From Xylographa opegraphella (taxonomy: Eukaryota): DNA of 26,127 nucleotides. The stretch spans positions 124,001 through 150,127 of the forward strand of contig JALDZX010000050.1 in the NCBI GenBank assembly GCA_022813865.1. The letters run 5' to 3'. Below the pieces are notes generated by a model. It had not been told where the DNA came from and made no database searches. It was given only the letters and a program-made list of their open reading frames with translations. This document shows, piece by piece, positions 22,330 through 26,127 of the stretch. A program made the translations under genes and the position numbers. The number at the start of each line of letters is the position of its first letter. The first letter of the stretch is position 1.

Positions 22330-24398
22330 ATGCATATCCGAGACAAGTTGGCGGCGGCCAAGCGGACGAAGCAGGCAACTTTCTCTTTCGAATTCTTTCC
22401 CCCGAAGACCGAGCAGGTACGTCAAACCGACTGTCCGGTTCTGAAGGTAACTAACGGACACATTTAGGGTGTTCAAAATCTTTATGATCGTATGTTGAAC
22501 ACGTAGCAGCTTGGAGCTGCAGTACTGATCTCCATATAGGCATGGATCGTATGCACGACCTGGGACCTTCCTTCATTGATATCACATGGGGAGCTGGAGG
22601 ACGGCTATCACACCTTACGTGCGAGATGGTAAAAGTCGCCCAGACTGCGTATGGGCTGGAAACATGTATGCACCTTACATGCACGGACATGGAGAAAGGA
22701 AAGGTCGACGAAGCTCTCAAAGAAGCGTACAAGGCGGGATGCACCAACATACTTGCACTTCGGGGTGATCCTCCGCGTGAGAAGGAACAGTGGCAGGCGA
22801 TCCAGGGAGGCTTTCAATACGCCAAGGACCTCGTAAAATATATCAAGGAGAAATACGGAGATCATTTTGATATAGGAGTTGCTGGGTATCCAGAAGGTTG
22901 CGACGATCAGCAAGATGAAGCCATTCTTTTGGACCACCTGAAAGAGAAGGTTGATGCCGGAGGTACCTTCATCGTTACACAGATGTTCTACGATGTCGAC
23001 ATATTCCTGGCGTGGGTAGGTAAAGTTCGAGAGAAAGGGATCAACGTTCCCATTGTGCCGGGTATCATGCCAATTCAAACACATGCGTCGTTCCTGCGGC
23101 GCGCGAACTGGTCGAATTGTCACATCCCTGACTCATGGAACGAGGCGCTCGATCCAGTCAGAAACGATGATGCGGCTGTTCGAGAAGTCGGCAAAGGACT
23201 TGTAGCTGATATGTGCAGGAGGATTATGGACGCCGGAATTATGCATTTACATTTGTAAGTTCTTTGATTCCAGTCTCGGAACTGCATGAGTCCTGCTGAC
23301 GGTCCAAGTTACACAATGAATCTTGCTCAGGCAACACGTATGGTCTTGCAGGAACTTGATCTCGCATCTCCCAACGGAACTCCCACCAAGAAAGCGTTAC
23401 CCTGGCGCCAATCTCTGGGCCTGAACCGTCGAGAGGAAGACGTGCGGCCAATTTTCTGGAAGAACCGCAATAAATCCTATGTTGTCCGAACACAAGATTG
23501 GGACGAGTTTCCCAACGGTCGATGGGGCGACTCTCGCTCTCCAGCATTCGGTGAACTGGACGCATATGGCATCGGCCTGAAGGGGACGAACGAGCAGAAT
23601 CGAAAGTTATGGGGAGAGCCACGCTCGCTGCGGGACCTTGCTAACCTTTTCATTCGATTCCTGATCAATGAAGTCCAGAGCCTTCCGTGGAGCGAATCTC
23701 CCATCACGAGTGAATCTGATTCGATCAAGAAAGAACTAGTGGATCTCAACCAGCGGGGCTTCCTCACAATTAACTCCCAGCCATCAGTCAATGGTGCCAA
23801 GTCTGTTGATCCAACTTTTGGCTGGGGTCCTCCAGGAGGCTATTGTTACCAGAAGGCTTATCTTGAACTATTGGTATCCCCACAACTGATCTCAGAGCTC
23901 ATCCGCCGGATTGAACAAGTTGAAGATATCACTTACTATGCCGTCAAGAAGGCTGGGGATCTCAGAACTAATTCTCCGGGAGACGGACCAAATGCTGTGA
24001 CCTGGGGAGTGTTCCCAGGAAAGGAGATCGTCCAACCGACCATTGTAGAAACAATCAGCTTCCTGGCTTGGAAAGACGAGGCGTTCCGGCTCGGCTCTGA
24101 TTGGGCTCGATGTCATCCCAACACTAGTCCCAGTCGACATCTCATTGACAACGTCATGGAAAACTGGTTTCTGGTTAACATTGGTAATTTTCTATAAGCT
24201 TGTTGCAAGAAATCAACTGGCTAATTCTGAATGATAGTACACAATGATTTCCATCAGTCGCATGGTATATTCAGCCTCTTTGATGGTCTCGAAGTGAATA
24301 ACATGGATCAAATGGACGAGTTTATGACGAACGGGCCCTCCCTGAATGGATATTCCACGAATGGACATTCTATGAACGGACACTCTACGAACGGATAA
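22330..24398 (+). CDS. MET13: Methylenetetrahydrofolate reductase with C-terminal regulatory domain, about 619 aa; exons 22330-22416, 22468-22489, 22540-23254, 23309-24183, 24238-24398
   Basis: Motifs [109 protein letters not shown]. Four introns keep the frame (1860 nt). Met13 rather than Met12 is my judgement from the N-terminus. Confidence 0.95.
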
Positions 24399-24412
24399 CA
24401 CGAACGGATAGC
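24327..24412 (+). repeat. Degenerate 15-bp tandem repeat encoding (xNGxS)n at the MTHFR C-terminus, continuing past the stop as a 13-bp duplication
   Basis: ACGAACGGGCCCTCC CTGAATGGATATTCC ACGAATGGACATTCT ATGAACGGACACTCT ACGAACGGATAAC ACGAACGGATAGC. Confidence 0.85.
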
Positions 24413-24789
24413 TCGCTGATGAACATTTTACCCTTTCGATATAACTATGGCGGGATCTGCACTACACTATTGTTTACCTTGGAGTCCTTGCATGGCGCGG
24501 CGCTTTGAAACGGACTGATTCAACATTATACCCCAGGCGTATTTACCGAGGAAATTCAACTACCTCCGTTGCAACGATGATTTTGGAATTTGACTTGAAG
24601 GGTGTTTTAATATTATATCATGTGTATGTTCGACCCAATGCTCTCTACCCACGGGGCTCAGTCTGTATTCAACAGTCAGACTGCGGTTATAGTGATAATG
24701 GCATCATGATAATAATATCACAAAGCATAATTTAATGCTTAATCATTTAACCACCACACTTCAACTTTTCTCATCGTGATTTTATATAT

Positions 24790-25383
24790 TTACCAAGGTC
24801 TGTCAAGTTTGTACAGCATGGGATCTTTCAAACCCTTCATCTGCAAGTTCACACCGCCCGCCAATATTTTTTGTGCTATAAGGCCATTCTTGATCAGTAT
24901 CTTGACACTCGGTAAATTCTCAGGGTTGACCTGGGCGTGTAGCTGCTGGACACTCGGTTTCCGCGCCCAATATAATTGAAGCAAGAGCGGGATCACCTCA
25001 CTCATGTACCCTTTGCTCCAGTACGATCGCTTCAGGCCATAGCCTAGCATCAGCAGAGACCCAGATGGCAGCACCCCACAGTTGCCTATGCAACGCCGCC
25101 CGCCCTCTGCAACCAGCATGATGGCGTAGTTCTCGACATTGGGATCATAGGCGTGCGTGCGTGGTATCATCCACTCCCGAATTTCGTCGATGGTTTTCCT
25201 TCGCGTTTCCGTTCTACGGTTAAATCAGATTTGGTGCGCCATTGATGCAACTGGCTTAAAATAGCCGCAGACACGAACGTACGACCAGATCAGATTGGCC
25301 GGATCGGACCACGTCTCGTGGAAGTCTGGCAGATGCTTGTCGACTATGAGCGGCTCGAGGAAAATGCGTGGCGCTGCTGACAT
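24790..25383 (-). CDS. GNAT-family N-acetyltransferase (RimJ/RimL-like), about 174 aa; exons 25383-25283, 25213-24790
   Basis: Motifs RIFLEPL, IGNCG, LGYGLKRSYWSKGYMSE (acetyl-CoA motif A), VNPENLPSVKILIKNG (motif B). A 69-nt GTACGT...TAG intron keeps the frame. Confidence 0.85.
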
Positions 25384-25758
25384 GTGATTGGCTTCTGGGG
25401 TTGCTTTGATGGCGAACAATGCTATTCAGGGAGATCTACTTCGTACAAGTGTACGGAGATACACAGGATTCAATCGCCTCTCGCCAAAGTGATCCGTTTT
25501 TATAGCATCTGCGGGCTCACGGACTTAAGCTTTAGCGGCTTCGCCTTGAGCCCACACCCCTCTCTGCAAACACCTTTCACCGATATCGGAAAGCGGATGA
25601 ATGAACTACAGAGCTCAATAAATAGCTATTTTCTTATCAAATTGCAATTCACTTCTTCGATAGTATACTCGTTTCGTTTATATTGTGATTCACTCAGCTC
25701 GTGGTCTTCCATTGCTTATTCCAAATTTTCATCCTGCCTTCGCGTTCCCCGCACACTT

Positions 25759-25975
25759 TCAGTCTTCACATCCCGTGTCTCCACAACTTCCACGCTCTCC
25801 AGGGCCCCCCGGTTTCTTCACACCCTTCACACCCTCCATACCCTTCACATCCTTCGCGCCCTCGGCGTTTTCGTTCTCGTTCTCGATTATTGTTTCGTCG
25901 GCTTCGTCTTCTTCTTCAGATTCGTCGGCAGAAGCGACTTTGACAGTGTTAAGGTTCTCACCTTGACCGGGTAAG
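25759..25975 (-). CDS. Putative last exon of a gene that begins beyond the window (acidic low-complexity tail)
   Basis: Branch CTAAT (25995-25991) and TAG acceptor (25978-25976) precede an open frame LPGQGENLNTVKVASADESEEEDEADETIIENENENAEGAKDVKGMEGVKGVK. No ATG is available in the window. Confidence 0.45.
25817..25861. repeat. Five degenerate 9-bp tandem units (consensus TTCACACCC), encoding GAK-DVK-GME-GVK-GVK on the - strand
   Basis: TTCACACCC TTCACACCC TCCATACCC TTCACATCC TTCGCGCCC. Confidence 0.85.
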
Positions 25976-26018
25976 CTACCACCAGTTGGGATTAGTGGTG
26001 AAGAGAAGCACACTAGTC

Positions 26019-26102
26019 GGTGCCCCCAGTGACCTCAGCGAGGGCACCAAGGGCAGATGCCCTCCATGCCCTCTGGGAGGGCATGGAGGGCATGGAGGGC
26101 AC
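26019..26102. repeat. Fold-back element: perfect 17-bp inverted repeat built from 9-bp GGAGGGCAT units, plus a second 7-bp inverted repeat
   Basis: ATGCCCTCCATGCCCTC (26057-26073), TGG, GAGGGCATGGAGGGCAT (26077-26093); GGTGCCC (26019-26025)/GGGCACC (26042-26048). Confidence 0.85.
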
Positions 26103-26127
26103 CCATGAACAGGACTTCTATATAGAG

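Noticed and set aside
25384..25974. 196-aa + strand ORF
   Set aside because: It has a GTG start and a Phe/Leu/Ser-rich composition typical of the antisense of a purine-rich acidic exon.

Overview
Gene-dense chromosomal segment of a filamentous ascomycete (Pezizomycotina-type gene structures: short 45-107 nt spliceosomal introns with GT...CTRAY...YAG signals). I reconstructed 14 complete protein genes and one partial gene by hand splicing. In order: LEU1 (-), HD-domain 5'-deoxynucleotidase-like (-), augmin HAUS6-like (+), a divergent triosephosphate-isomerase-fold gene (-), RpiB-family isomerase (-), KRR1 (+, GC-AG intron), gamma-tubulin complex GCP2/Spc97 (-), proteasome alpha5 PUP2 (+), peroxisomal enoyl-CoA hydratase (+), an orphan 230-aa ORF (-), Cdc25/Ych1-type rhodanese phosphatase (-), NOG1 (+), MET13-type MTHFR (+), a RimJ-like GNAT (-), and a putative last exon of a gene entering from the right edge (-). 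The most interesting items are: (1) an intronless TpiA2-like + RpiB pair with residue signatures of bacterial tetrose-phosphate (erythritol/threitol) isomerases; (2) a strongly base-paired GC-rich element with a GAAA tetraloop between NOG1 and MET13 that I cannot assign to a known RNA family; (3) a putative uORF-containing 5'UTR intron of MET13; (4) a fold-back repeat at the right edge. All family calls come from motif recognition, not database searches.
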